A DNA stretch of 64,000 nt from Fibrobacteria bacterium (GCA_025360005.1 JANYDA010000001.1:87144-151143); one strand, 5' to 3'. Shown: positions 17,320-27,915, counted from the stretch's first letter. Notes: a model not told the origin generated them from the sequence alone. Numbers and translations: made by a program.

Positions 17320-20300
17320 ATCCGGGTTTCTCGCCGCTGGGTTTCCTGCGCAGGCACGCCAAGGCATTCCTCTTCCTCACCCTGGTACTGGCCCTTTCCG
17401 GCGCCGTCATGTCCGGCCTGATGCCGGTGTCCCTGTTCCCGGATATCACCTTCCCCCGCATCACCATCCTTGCGGACAACGGCGAACAACCCGTGGAACG
17501 GATGATGGCGGAGGTGACCAAGCCCTTGGAAGAGGTTTCCAGTTCGCTTCCTGGCATCCGGGAAGTCCGTTCCGTCACCGGCCGGGGTTCCACGGAAATC
17601 TCCCTCTTCCTGGATTGGAATGCCAACGTCCTGCAATCCCTGCAAACCCTGCAGGGGAAAATATCCGCCATCCGCAATACCCTTCCGCCCTCCGCGGCCG
17701 TGCAGGCCGAGCAGATGACGGTTTCGGTTTTTCCGGTGATGGGATATAGCCTGGCGTCTTCCCAACGCAGCCTGGTGGAACTCCGGGATATCGCCCTTTA
17801 CCAGATCCGTCCCGCGCTGCTGCGGGTGCCCGGAGTGGCGAAGGTGGAGATCACCGGCGGCAAGACGCGGGAGTACCTGGTGGCCTGCCGGCCCGACAAG
17901 CTGCAAAGCTACGGGATCACGCCCTTGCAAGTATCGGAAGCCATTTCCAAATCGAACCAGGTCTCCGCTTCCGGGCTCCTGGAAGACAATTACCAGATTT
18001 ACCTGACCCTGGCTTCGGAAAGCCTGCAAGGCTTGGAAGGGATCCTCAAAGCGACCGTTGCGGTCAAGAACGGAGTGCCCATTCCGGTATCCGCGGTCGC
18101 GGAAGTGCGGAGTTCCATCCAGGACGAACTCATCCGCACCACCGCCCAAGGGGGCGAAGCGGTCCTCATCACCGTGCTGAAACAACCGCAAGGCAGCACG
18201 GTGAGCATCGGCGCGGAAATCGCGGCGCGCTTTTCGGGATTGAAGCTGCCGCCGGATATCCATGTCGAAAACTTCTACGATCAGGGCGATTTCATTCGCG
18301 GATCGATCTCGTCAACCAAGGACAGCATTCTCATCGGCATGGCGCTGGCCATGATCGTCCTCTTCTTTTTCCTGCGTAGCTGGCGCGTTACCCTGGTGAT
18401 AGCCATCGTGGTTCCCTGCACCTTGGCGGCTACCTTCGCCATCCTGCATATGCTGGGCCAATCGGTGAACATCATGACCTTGGGCGGCATCGCGGCCGCG
18501 GTGGGGCTGCTCATCGACGATTCGATCGTCGTGCTGGAAAACATCTTCTACCACATGGCCCATGGGGAAGCCCAGCAAGCCGTTTCCCAGGAGGGGTTCC
18601 GCAAAGCCGCGGATCTCTCCCTCAAGGAAATGTCCGCCGCCATCCTGGGATCCACCGCGACCACGCTGGTCATCTATATCCCTTTGGCTTTCCTGGGCGG
18701 ACTCACCGGCAGCTTCTTCGCGCCCCTTTCCATAACCATGGTCATCGCTCTCACCTTGTCATTCGTCCTCTCGGTAACGCTGACGCCGCTGCTGGCTTCC
18801 AAGTTCATCGGGAAAAAGGATATCGAAAGGGAACGGAAAAAGGAAGGGCGGCATTCCGCCTTCGGCGCCCGCTACGAAAGGCTCCTCCACGGCCTGTTGG
18901 GGTTGAAATGGCTTATCGTCCCGGCCGCCGTGATCGTTCTGGCGGGAACTTGGCTTATCTACCGTAACGTAGGCAGCGGGTTCCTGCCGGACATGGACGA
19001 AGGGACCTTTATCCTCGACTACGAATCGCCTCCCGGAACCTCGCTCGCGGAAACGGGCCGTATGCTGGCGAAGGTGGACCGGATCCTGATGGCCATCCCG
19101 GAAGTGGAATCCTACTCCTGCCGCACCGGGACGCAGTTGGGATTTTTCCTGACCGAGCCCAACTCCGGGGACTATACCGTCAAGCTCCGAAAGCAACGCG
19201 CCCGCGGGATAGAAGACGTGATCTCCGAGGTCCGGGGCAAAATCGAGGGCAGCCTGCCTACGTTGAGGGTGGATTTCGGCCAATTGATGGCGGACGTCAT
19301 CGGCGATTTGGCCAACAATCCCTCCCCCATCGAGATCAAGATTTTCGGCGAAGACCAGGCCCTGGTGCAAAATACGGCCAAGGAAGTGAAAGCCAAGATA
19401 GAATCGGTGCACGGCGTGGTGGACGCATTCGCAGGCATAGTGATTTCAGGCCCGTCTTTCTTGATCCATATCGACGAACGCAAAGCCGCCCTGGCCGGAT
19501 TCGCGCCCGGAGAAGCGGCGGAGAACCTGGAGATAGTCCAAAGCGGCAAAGCGGATTCCCATGTCCAAATCGGAGAAAAACTCATTCCCATCCGCGTACG
19601 TTACCCGGACGAGTACCGCGGCAGCATGGAAAAGCTGAAGGGCCTGGTACTGCTGACCGCGCAGGGAAATCCGGTCCCGCTCAACCGGATCGCGGATTTC
19701 GAAGTGGTGCCGGGCCAGGCGGAATTGCGCCGGAACGGACTACGGCCTTTCGTCGCCGTTACGGCCCGCATCGAAGGCCGGGATCTGGGCAGCACGGTGG
19801 CCGAAATCCAGAGCCTGCTCAAAAAGGACCTCCGGCTTCCGCCCGGGATGAGCCTGGAATTCGGCGGCCTGTACGAAACGCAGCAGGAATCCTTCCTGGG
19901 TTTGCTGTGGGTAGCCGTGATCGCCGTACTGTTGGTTTTCGCGGTCCTGCTCATCGAGTTCCGGGAATTCACGGTCCCGGTTTCCATCCTCATCATCAAT
20001 GCCATGTCCCTCTTCGGGGTGGTCGCCGCCTTATGGATCACCGGGGTCAGTTTCAACGTTTCGAGTTTCGTCGGTTTGATCATGATCATCGGCATCGTCG
20101 CCGAGAACGCGGTCTTCCTGATGCATTATGTCCACCTGGCCCAGGCCGAGGGCATGGATCTGGAAGCCGCATTGGTGCATGCGGTCCGCATCCGCACGCG
20201 GCCTATCCTGATGACCATGTTGGCGGCGGTATCCGCGCTGTTACCCCTGTCCCTGGGCTTGGGAGCCGGGTCCCAGATGCAACAACCGCTCGCCATCGCC

Positions 20301-20399
20301 GTAATCGGCGGTTTCGCGATATCCAGCTTTCTATTGCTGTTCGGACTCCCGATGGTCTACTTGATCCTCAAAGGCGGAAGCGCGAACCGGACCGGCTGA
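17316..20399 (+). CDS. Heavy-metal-efflux-type RND permease (CzcA/CusA family)
   Basis: 1027 aa; 12-TM AcrB/CzcA architecture. N-terminus GFLRRHAKAFLFLTLVLALSGAV…LFPDITFPRITIL is typical of the CzcA/CusA HME family. Confidence 0.9.
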   Translation: MNPGFSPLGFLRRHAKAFLFLTLVLALSGAVMSGLMPVSLFPDITFPRITILADNGEQPVERMMAEVTKPLEEVSSSLPGIREVRSVTGRGSTEISLFLDWNANVLQSLQTLQGKISAIRNTLPPSAAVQAEQMTVSVFPVMGYSLASSQRSLVELRDIALYQIRPALLRVPGVAKVEITGGKTREYLVACRPDKLQSYGITPLQVSEAISKSNQVSASGLLEDNYQIYLTLASESLQGLEGILKATVAVKNGVPIPVSAVAEVRSSIQDELIRTTAQGGEAVLITVLKQPQGSTVSIGAEIAARFSGLKLPPDIHVENFYDQGDFIRGSISSTKDSILIGMALAMIVLFFFLRSWRVTLVIAIVVPCTLAATFAILHMLGQSVNIMTLGGIAAAVGLLIDDSIVVLENIFYHMAHGEAQQAVSQEGFRKAADLSLKEMSAAILGSTATTLVIYIPLAFLGGLTGSFFAPLSITMVIALTLSFVLSVTLTPLLASKFIGKKDIERERKKEGRHSAFGARYERLLHGLLGLKWLIVPAAVIVLAGTWLIYRNVGSGFLPDMDEGTFILDYESPPGTSLAETGRMLAKVDRILMAIPEVESYSCRTGTQLGFFLTEPNSGDYTVKLRKQRARGIEDVISEVRGKIEGSLPTLRVDFGQLMADVIGDLANNPSPIEIKIFGEDQALVQNTAKEVKAKIESVHGVVDAFAGIVISGPSFLIHIDERKAALAGFAPGEAAENLEIVQSGKADSHVQIGEKLIPIRVRYPDEYRGSMEKLKGLVLLTAQGNPVPLNRIADFEVVPGQAELRRNGLRPFVAVTARIEGRDLGSTVAEIQSLLKKDLRLPPGMSLEFGGLYETQQESFLGLLWVAVIAVLLVFAVLLIEFREFTVPVSILIINAMSLFGVVAALWITGVSFNVSSFVGLIMIIGIVAENAVFLMHYVHLAQAEGMDLEAALVHAVRIRTRPILMTMLAAVSALLPLSLGLGAGSQMQQPLAIAVIGGFAISSFLLLFGLPMVYLILKGGSANRTG

Positions 20400-20535
20400 C
20401 CACAGTCAGGGCTGACACGGAACGGTGAAGCGCCTGAAACCCCGCCGCAATCCCGGCTTGATAGTTTGCACGACGGGAACTCACTCCCGCTTTCCGGCCC
20501 GACGCGGCCGGATATCAATCCAAAGGAGATCATCG

Positions 20536-22061
20536 TGCAAAAAACCGTTTCCCTACCGGATATGTATCCACGCACCGCCGCTTTGCCGGGAAAGTGGAGT
20601 TGCGCTCTGGGAATTTTCCTGGGGCTGGCCTTTTCCGCATCGGCCCATGAGCGCCAATGCCGGGATATCGATCGCGTTCTGCTCCTGAGCGTGGACGGAC
20701 TGCATGCGGTTGACCTGGAGAGGTACATCGCGCTCCATCCCCATTCCAACCTGGCCCGCTTGGCCGGTTCCGGGGTCACCTACACGGCGGCTTCGGCCGC
20801 CAAGCCTTCCGATTCCTTTCCGGGATTGCTGGCCATCGTCACGGGCGGAACGCCGGTATCCACCGGGGTTTATTACGACAATGCGTACGACCGCGGTTAC
20901 TGCCCTCCCGGCTCCGGCTGCTCCACCCACGGCACCGAAGTTGTCTTCGATGAATCCATCGACATCAACCAGGATTTGCTGGATGCGGGCGGCGGCATCG
21001 ACGTTGCCAAGCTCCCGCTGGATCCCAAACGCGGCAACGCCCCGGTCTATCCCCACGACTACCTGCGCGTCAATACCCTCTTTGAAGTGGTCAAAGCCAC
21101 CGGACGCCGCACCGCCTGGTCCGACAAGCATCCCGCGTACGATATCGTGAACGGTCCCTCCGGCCACGGAGTGGACGATCTGTACACTCCGGAGATCAAC
21201 AACGCCGCCAATCCCACCGGCAACGTAATGCTTACGGAAGCCTATGACGATTTGAAGGTCGCGGCTATACTCAATGAAATCGGCGGCTGGGACCATGCGG
21301 GCAAAAAGCGCGTGGGCGTGCCCGCCGTGTTCGGCATGAATTTCCAGGCGGTGAGCGTCGGCGAAAAGCTGGTGGGCTACGTGGACGGATCCGGAGAACC
21401 CTCCCCGGCGTTGGAGAATGCCTTGGATCATACCGACAATTCCCTGGGTTTGATGATCAAGGAATTGGAAAAGCGCCGCTTGTCGGAGTCCACCGTGATC
21501 ATCCTCTCCGCCAAGCACGGCCAGTCCCCCATCGATCCCGCCAAGCGGCATATCGTCAGCGACAAGATCATCCCCGGTATCGTCGAGGGAGTGATGCCCG
21601 GGCTTTTGGCCAAGGCTACCGAGGACGACGTGGCTTTGCTTTGGTTGACCGACGCGAGCAAAGCCCCCCAAGTGGCCAAAGCCTTGCGCGACAATGCCGC
21701 CACCGCGGACATCCAGGAGGTTCTCGAGGGCCAATCCCTGCAGCTGATGTTCCCCAATCCCAAGAAGGACAGCCGGGCGCCGGATTTGATCGTCCTGCCG
21801 AACCAAGGCGTCATCTACGCCAAACCCACCGCGACCAAGACCGCCGAGCACGGCGGCTTCAGCCTGGACGATGTGAACGTGCCTATCTTGATTTCCAACC
21901 CGCGCTGGGATAGCGAAAAGATCAAAACCCCGGTGCAGACCACCCAGATCGCTCCCACCTTGCTGAAGCTGTTGAGGATCAATCCCCGCCGTTTGCAGGC
22001 GGTGGTGGCGGAGCACGTTTCGGTATTGCCCGGTATCCAGTATGCCGAAGAGCGGGATTGA
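20536..22061 (+). CDS. Type I phosphodiesterase / nucleotide pyrophosphatase (alkaline-phosphatase superfamily), secreted
   Basis: Motif LLLSVDGLHAVDL and further phosphodiesterase-family blocks; signal peptide. The track ORF starts at 20466; GTG 20536 is preceded by an AAGGAGA RBS. Confidence 0.75.
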
Positions 22062-22075
22062 TGGATAACTGAAGG

Positions 22076-22434
22076 ATGGTTTCGGCCGTTTGGATCTCAG
22101 CCGCTTTATTTCCGGTTTCCGTGAACGAACGAACGCGCGAAATCGGCTTGCGGCGATCGATAGGCGCCACCGGCCGCGCCATCCTGCTCCAGTTCCTATC
22201 CGAATTGGTGCTGCTTTCCGTGATAGGCGGGTTGAGGGGAGTCGTGCCGGAAGTGGGGGGGCGGCCTACCTGATATCCGATTTGGCCGGATGGATAGTGT
22301 TGGTGACCTATCCCGCGATAGCGATCGCATTCCTATTCTCCGTAAGCGTCGGGGTGGTATTCGGTTTTAACCCGCCCGGAAAGCACCCCGGCTTACCCCG
22401 GTGGAAGCGCTTCGCTATGATGTACCCACGCTGA
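22076..22434 (+). pseudogene. Fragment of an FtsX/MacB-type ABC permease (C-terminal ~120 codons only, with a frameshift)
   Basis: Two overlapping frames read …NERTREIGLRRSIGATGRAILLQFLSELVLLSVIGGL… and …AAYLISDLAGWIVLVTYPAIAIAFLFSVSVGVVFGFNPP…, matching the conserved FtsX C-terminus. There is no N-terminal portion. The frame opens directly after the phosphodiesterase stop. Confidence 0.6.
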
Positions 22435-22454
22435 CGGGGACCCTGAATGGACCC

Positions 22455-22491
22455 GAAGAAATCAAAAGGAGGGGAAATAAATTTCCCCTCC
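22455..22491 (-). terminator. Rho-independent terminator of tRNA-Lys
   Basis: Hairpin GGAGGGG…CCCCTCC at 22468-22491. On the minus strand it is followed by a TTTTGATTTCTT run, ~50 nt downstream of the tRNA 3' end. Confidence 0.5.
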
Positions 22492-22539
22492 AAGCCTGAG
22501 CCTTTTTCTTGCGAACCAGACCGGTTTGGAGGGGGGAAG

Positions 22540-22615
<76 letters not shown>

Positions 22616-22674
22616 GAGGCGCATAAATATAAACCATTGTTGTATTATTTCAACTTATTCAAACCAAGATTCCC

Positions 22675-23643
22675 ATGCCGCCCCACTCCCCCATTCCCGA
22701 CCCGGCCATTCCCATGGAAGACGGGTATTTGGCCCACCTGCGCCTGGAAAAAAGGCTCAGTCAGGAAACGGTTTCCGCCTACCTTTCGGACCTGCGGCTT
22801 TTTTTCCGGCAGGCAACCCCGCCCCCGCCCAAGCCCGCAGCAATGGGGCTGGCGACCCTGACGCTTCCCAACCTGCGCGCGTTCATCCGGAGCCTGGTGG
22901 AATTGGGCTTCGCGTCCGCCAGCATTTCCAGGTATCTCTCCGCGCTCAAAAGTTATACCGGGTATCTTGCGGATGAAAACCTGATCGCCGGGGATCCTAT
23001 CCAAGGTTTGCAAGGTCCGCGCCAACAGCGTTACAAACCGCAGAGCCTTTCCCGCCGGGACATCGAAGCCTTGTACGATTCCCTGGATGCGGCCGTGCTG
23101 CGCCGGGACGCAGGGGCAAGGCGCGACCTGTGCCTGGTGGAATTGCTGTACGGACTGGGCCTCCGCATTTCCGAAGCCACCGGCCTCAAACTGGATCAGA
23201 TCAATCCGCCGGAGGGCGTGGTGCTGGTGCAAGGCAAAGGCAAAAAGCAACGCCTGGTTCCCTTGGGGGGCAAAGTCGCCCTGTCCATCCGCGCCTACCT
23301 GGAGAGCGATTGGGACGCCAAGGGCCGCACCGAAACCTTGCTGCTCAATCGTTTCGGACGCAGCCTTTCCCGCATGGGCGCCTGGAAAATAGTGCAGCGC
23401 ATCTGCGCGCGGGCGGAGATCCGCATCGCCGTTTCCCCGCATACTTTCCGGCATTCCTTCGCCACCCATTTGATAGAGGCGGGCGCCGATTTGCGATCGG
23501 TACAGGAGATGCTGGGGCATGCCGACATCAGCACCACCCAGATCTACACCCATCTCGATCAGGCATACCTGCGGGAAGTGCATGGCAGCTTCCATCCGCG
23601 CAACCGCCGGGTGCCTGGGGCCGCCCAGCTTCCCAAAAATTGA
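22675..23643 (+). CDS. Tyrosine site-specific recombinase, XerC/XerD family
   Basis: 322 aa. N-terminal SAM-like core-binding domain. Catalytic region with R…HTFRHSFATHL…LGHADISTTQIYTHL, including the catalytic Tyr. Confidence 0.9.
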   Translation: MPPHSPIPDPAIPMEDGYLAHLRLEKRLSQETVSAYLSDLRLFFRQATPPPPKPAAMGLATLTLPNLRAFIRSLVELGFASASISRYLSALKSYTGYLADENLIAGDPIQGLQGPRQQRYKPQSLSRRDIEALYDSLDAAVLRRDAGARRDLCLVELLYGLGLRISEATGLKLDQINPPEGVVLVQGKGKKQRLVPLGGKVALSIRAYLESDWDAKGRTETLLLNRFGRSLSRMGAWKIVQRICARAEIRIAVSPHTFRHSFATHLIEAGADLRSVQEMLGHADISTTQIYTHLDQAYLREVHGSFHPRNRRVPGAAQLPKN

Positions 23644-23787
23644 AACCGCCACCCTACCTACGTCCTTATTTTTTGCGAGCGAGGCGGTATACTCTCACAA
23701 AATCCAAGAGATCTTTTAAAAATCCTACGTTTTTCCAGTCTGAACCGGCTTTCTCGCCTACATTCTAGGGATTCCGGCCAATCGAAG

Positions 23788-25212
23788 ATGGAACGGCTCG
23801 GAGGGAGAACGAAAATCATGCATTCGATCCTGCGCAATTCTTGTTTTGCCGCCGCTTTGGCCATGCTACCCGCTGCGGCGCAGATTCCCACCGGCGTCAC
23901 CTTCGAGACCTTTTACGACGTGGCCAAGATCTCTTTCACGCAGCCCACTTTCGTGGGACCGGTTCCGGGCGATCCGGATCAATTGATCGTGATCGAGCGC
24001 GCCGGGAAGGTCTCGCGTCTGGTCAAGTCCGCCTCCGGCTATGAGAAGAAAGCCTGGTTCTCCGTGGACCCGGACACCGCCACGCATTGGGACGGAGTCT
24101 GGACGGTGGAGTTCCATCCGAAATTCCTCCAGAACCATCTCTTCTACGTTCTTTACCGTCAAAAGATCAACGCCACCCGATCCGTGATCGAGGAATGGAA
24201 GGCCGATGCGGATCTGGCCAACCCGGTCAAGCTCCGCTCCGTCATGGAGTTCGACCAGAAAGGCATTCATTCCTCCGGCGACATGAAGTTCGGGCCGGAC
24301 GGATACCTGTATTCCTCCCAAGGCGATCGCCAGCAAAGCGGCCAGGATCTGAACGAAACCTGGGGCAAGATGCTCCGCATCGACGTGGACAAGAAGGATC
24401 CCGGGCTGGAATACGCCATCCCCGCGGACAACCCTTTCCGCACGCAGGCGGGAACGCGCGCCGAGATCTATGCCTTGGGATTCCGCATGCCTTGGCGCAT
24501 GAGCTTCGACAAATTGAACGGGGATCTGTTCCTGGGCGACGTGGGGGAAACCACCCATGAGGAAATCAACCTCGTCACCAAGGGCTCCAATTACGGCGCC
24601 GGAATCGTGGAAGGCAATTGCGCCACCAACTGCGCCAAGCTGACGGACCCGCTGGTGGCGGAAGCGCGGACGGCTGCGCAATGCGTCATCGGCGGATTCG
24701 TATACCGAGCGGATCCGACTTCGAAATTCTACGGGATCTACCTGTTCGGGGACTATGCCATCAAGAAGATTTACGCCGGCCGATTGAATGCCGCCAAGAC
24801 CGCCTTCTCGGAAGTGGTCTCCGTGGCGGACGCCATGCCCGGAAACGTCTCAGCCCTGGGCCAGGACGGTCGAGGCAATTTCTACGCCGCCATGTATACG
24901 GAAACCGGCGCGTCCCTTGCCACCCAGATCTACCGGCTTAAGCACGCGGAATTGCGGCCCGAAGCCAGCGTGGGCATCCTGTCGCGTACATCACCGGGGA
25001 TCCAAGGTAACGGAAATGTTACCTCGGATGCGGGCGGTTACCGCGTTTTCTCCTTGGATGGCAAAGCGCTGGGGCGGATAGAGTTCCCGAGCGGCCCGGA
25101 ATCCGGTAGCCGGGCAAGCGGCGAAACCGGAAACAAATCCGGCGCCAACGTGCGTATCTTCCGCGATGAGAACACCGGTCGCATACGAAAGTTTATCCTC
25201 CCCTCGCCGTAA
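23788..25212 (+). CDS. PQQ-dependent soluble sugar (aldose/sorbosone) dehydrogenase-family beta-propeller with C-terminal sorting-domain-like tail
   Basis: GKMLRIDVD…IPADNPF motif of the sGDH/YliI family; signal peptide; C-terminal ~70-aa tail resembling a T9SS-type CTD. Alternative start at Met 11 (23818). Confidence 0.7.
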   Translation: MERLGGRTKIMHSILRNSCFAAALAMLPAAAQIPTGVTFETFYDVAKISFTQPTFVGPVPGDPDQLIVIERAGKVSRLVKSASGYEKKAWFSVDPDTATHWDGVWTVEFHPKFLQNHLFYVLYRQKINATRSVIEEWKADADLANPVKLRSVMEFDQKGIHSSGDMKFGPDGYLYSSQGDRQQSGQDLNETWGKMLRIDVDKKDPGLEYAIPADNPFRTQAGTRAEIYALGFRMPWRMSFDKLNGDLFLGDVGETTHEEINLVTKGSNYGAGIVEGNCATNCAKLTDPLVAEARTAAQCVIGGFVYRADPTSKFYGIYLFGDYAIKKIYAGRLNAAKTAFSEVVSVADAMPGNVSALGQDGRGNFYAAMYTETGASLATQIYRLKHAELRPEASVGILSRTSPGIQGNGNVTSDAGGYRVFSLDGKALGRIEFPSGPESGSRASGETGNKSGANVRIFRDENTGRIRKFILPSP

Positions 25213-25312
25213 GCACCCCAACCGCGGCAATCTTGCCGCGGGTTTCCGGCGGAAACCCATTCCCAAGACCATACCCTCCGCGTGGATCCTTCAGCGGTGG
25301 AATCCGCATCGA

Positions 25313-26275
25313 TCAAACACCCGACCCGCGCGGATGCAACCGCTTAACAAGCCCGTCCAGGTTCCCGAAGCAACCGTACAGCAGGACCAGCATCAACAAA
25401 GCGAACCAGATCACCGGACCGAAGGCCAGGCCGATGAACACATGCATGCCCAGTCCCACCCACAGCGCCGACTTGCGCGTGAACGGGAGCAGGAACCAAA
25501 GCGGCGCCCCGGTTTCAAAAGCCAGCACCACGTATTGCAGCACCGGCCAGGCGGAATACGGCAGGCTCCTGGCTATCCAATAGGAAGCCCGCGTCTGATA
25601 GGTATCGAACAGATGCGTCCATAGCACATGGCTGTTACTGAGCCAATCCCCGTGGATCTTGCTGATGCCGGAAGCCATATACAACGTCACGAGCAAAGCC
25701 TGGAAGAACCGGATGTTGCCCCAGGTCACCCTGGGTTCCTCCGCTCCCGGGCCGCGCTTGCGGAAACGCCTCCGGGCATCGACTCCGTATGCGCACCCGC
25801 TTGGCGTCAGGAACAGCGCCACCGCCAATACCGCTCCCAGCTTGCTGACGGTAAAAGCCGCCAGCCTGTCCGCCATCGCCAGGTATAAAAGGCATAGCGC
25901 GAAAATGCCGGTCGCGAGGCGTGTCATGAATCCCGCCGACACGCAAAGGCCCGCGGCTGCCGTGACGGCGCATATGGCGATAGCGCCCCACAAGGGCGGC
26001 GGCGGAAAGTACCAAGGCTGGCGCCAATCACGGTGGCCCAGATCGGGAACCTGGAACCCATGCTGGGTAAGCCACTCGCCGGGATGCATCAGCCTGGAAC
26101 TCAGGAATCCGAGTATCGCCAAGGGGATTAACGCGCGCAGGAATTCCAGGCGGAGGGCGGGCTGCGCCGCGAAAAAGCGATCGATCCGTTTCCGCCCGGC
26201 GGCCGCGACCGCCGAACCCATCCGCAATCGCCGTCCCTGCGAAGCTTTCATTCCCGTTCGCGGCAGCGTTTCCAA
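25313..26275 (-). CDS. HTTM-domain (vitamin-K-dependent gamma-carboxylase-like) integral membrane protein
   Basis: 320 aa, polytopic, with HTTM-type blocks (…FLRALIPLAILGF…, …WGNIRFFQALLVTLYMASGISKIHGDWL…). Start uncertain, with several in-frame Met. Overlaps the upstream ORF. Confidence 0.7.
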   Translation of the reverse strand: METLPRTGMKASQGRRLRMGSAVAAAGRKRIDRFFAAQPALRLEFLRALIPLAILGFLSSRLMHPGEWLTQHGFQVPDLGHRDWRQPWYFPPPPLWGAIAICAVTAAAGLCVSAGFMTRLATGIFALCLLYLAMADRLAAFTVSKLGAVLAVALFLTPSGCAYGVDARRRFRKRGPGAEEPRVTWGNIRFFQALLVTLYMASGISKIHGDWLSNSHVLWTHLFDTYQTRASYWIARSLPYSAWPVLQYVVLAFETGAPLWFLLPFTRKSALWVGLGMHVFIGLAFGPVIWFALLMLVLLYGCFGNLDGLVKRLHPRGSGV

Positions 26276-26874
26276 ATCGCATTCTCCGAAGATTCATAAA
26301 GGGTTTTCACGGCCGCCGCCGGGTAGTCCGATAGAGGTCTGCGCGCATAGCGTTGCGCGCCTTCCTCCGGCCTGGGAATCGGGGTCATGGCACTGACGAT
26401 GCGGACCCCGCCTATGAGCCCTACATCCGGCTCCTTACCGGCCGCTTCCAAGGCGGCAACCCGGGCATTGTGGGCCCGGATCAGAAAGCGATCCAAATGC
26501 CCCATCACCTTGCCGTTGGCGTGATAGAAATAGACGGCGCGCTGGAAGCGGTTTTCCTTGTTTCCCGCCTGGATGGGAAAATGCGCGTCGACATCCATCT
26601 CCCGGAACAGCCCGTCCCGGCAAGACCAACCCAGGACGCGGAACTCCATATCCGCCTTTTTGGATTCGGTGAATAAGCCGGCCACTTGGGTGAAATAGAG
26701 TATGGGGCCGGGGACCCAGGCATAGGCGAGCCCGCTCCGCCACTCCCCGATGATCACTACCAGAAAATACAACAGCGATCCCGCTGCCAGCGCGTACCGG
26801 AAAACGGCGGGCCCGGGATTGGCCACCGTCGCCTTGTTTTCCCCTGCCGCGATGCTTGCCGTACCCCTGGCCAT
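26248..26874 (-). CDS. Hypothetical single-TM protein co-transcribed with, and overlapping, the HTTM gene
   Basis: 208 aa with one N-terminal TM helix (FRYALAAGSLLYFLVVIIGEW). No recognisable domain. 28-nt overlap with the HTTM ORF. Confidence 0.45.
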   Translation of the reverse strand: MARGTASIAAGENKATVANPGPAVFRYALAAGSLLYFLVVIIGEWRSGLAYAWVPGPILYFTQVAGLFTESKKADMEFRVLGWSCRDGLFREMDVDAHFPIQAGNKENRFQRAVYFYHANGKVMGHLDRFLIRAHNARVAALEAAGKEPDVGLIGGVRIVSAMTPIPRPEEGAQRYARRPLSDYPAAAVKTLYESSENAIWKRCRERE

Positions 26875-26961
26875 TGCCCTTGCCTTGAACCGTGAATGCG
26901 GGGTAACTTACTTAATCCTTTCCCGGATCAAATCCGGACGGCGCAGCCAAGCCGTGAAAAT

Positions 26962-27861
26962 TCAGGCAGCTACCGGCTGCCCCATGCCGGCCATGGTCTC
27001 GCAAATGCTCTGCAGCCTCAGGATGGCGGCCTTGTCACCGCGGTATTTGCAGGCCAGTTCCTTGCGGTTCTCCCAGAACTTACCGTTGACGCCCGTCAAT
27101 TCCGGAGCGGCAGCCAACCAAACGGCCGTATCCGCGCCTTCGGAGGGCGTCCTTCCGCCCAGCTTGGAAACCATGCCGAACAGGAATTTCTCGAACCCCT
27201 TGGCGCTGCGGTTCAAATCCGTTTTCACCAGACCCGGGCTCATGGCGTTGGCGGTGACCCCGCTTCCGCGCACTTGGTCCGCCAAGGCCCAGGTGAGCAT
27301 CCTATCGGCCTGCTTGGCGGCGGCATACAGGTTGGCGCCATTGTACTTTCGTTGCTTGTACTCCACATCGTTGAGGTTCAGTCCTTTCGCGAAAGTGGAC
27401 GCGATATTGATTATGCGCGCATCCGGCGCGTCCGCTCCGTTCTTGGCCGCCGCCGACAAGGCCGGCAATAGCAATTGCGTCAGCAGATGCGGCGCCACCA
27501 CATTGGTCATCCAGATCAGATCGATGCCGTCCGGCCCCAGCTGACGATCGGATGACCAGGATCCCGCGTTGTTGATCAGGATGTCCAGCTTGGAATACCT
27601 GTCCAGAAAAGCCTTGGCGAAGGAACGCGTCGAGGCAAGCTTGCCCAGATCCACCTGCATGATGGAAAGGGAGGCCGAGGGCGCGTCCGCCTGCAACTCC
27701 CGCTTCACCGCATCCGCCTTGATCAGGTTGCGGCAGGCCAGGATCACGTCCGCCCCTTGCCTGGCCAGGCCGCGGGCGATTTCCTTGCCTATCCCGGAAG
27801 ACGCACCCGTGACGATTGCGAGCTTGCCTTTTAGGCCGTAGGCGGTTTTAGGATCGGACAT
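26962..27861 (-). CDS. Short-chain dehydrogenase/reductase (SDR) family oxidoreductase
   Basis: TGASSGIGKEIARGLA (Rossmann TGxxxGxG), NNAG, catalytic YAAAK. 299 aa. Confidence 0.9.
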   Translation of the reverse strand: MSDPKTAYGLKGKLAIVTGASSGIGKEIARGLARQGADVILACRNLIKADAVKRELQADAPSASLSIMQVDLGKLASTRSFAKAFLDRYSKLDILINNAGSWSSDRQLGPDGIDLIWMTNVVAPHLLTQLLLPALSAAAKNGADAPDARIINIASTFAKGLNLNDVEYKQRKYNGANLYAAAKQADRMLTWALADQVRGSGVTANAMSPGLVKTDLNRSAKGFEKFLFGMVSKLGGRTPSEGADTAVWLAAAPELTGVNGKFWENRKELACKYRGDKAAILRLQSICETMAGMGQPVAA

Positions 27862-27895
27862 GGGATGCTCCCCGGTTTCAGGTTTCAGGTTTTAC

Positions 27896-27915
27896 CTAGC
27901 TATGAAATTAGCTAG
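27896..27915. promoter_or_regulatory. Candidate HxlR operator: inverted repeat CTAGCTA-tgaaat-TAGCTAG
   Basis: Perfect 7-bp arms with a 6-bp spacer in the 100-bp divergent hxlR/SDR intergenic region. A neighbouring triple direct repeat GGTTTCA GGTTTCA GGTTTTA lies at 27873-27893. Confidence 0.4.

Noticed and set aside
16117-18263. Two long minus-strand ORFs (354 aa and 373 aa)
   Set aside because: Both are antisense to the MFP and RND efflux genes, whose identities are unambiguous.
20553-22016. 487-aa minus-strand ORF
   Set aside because: Antisense to the phosphodiesterase gene, which has the LLLSVDGLHAVDL family signature. Shadow ORF.
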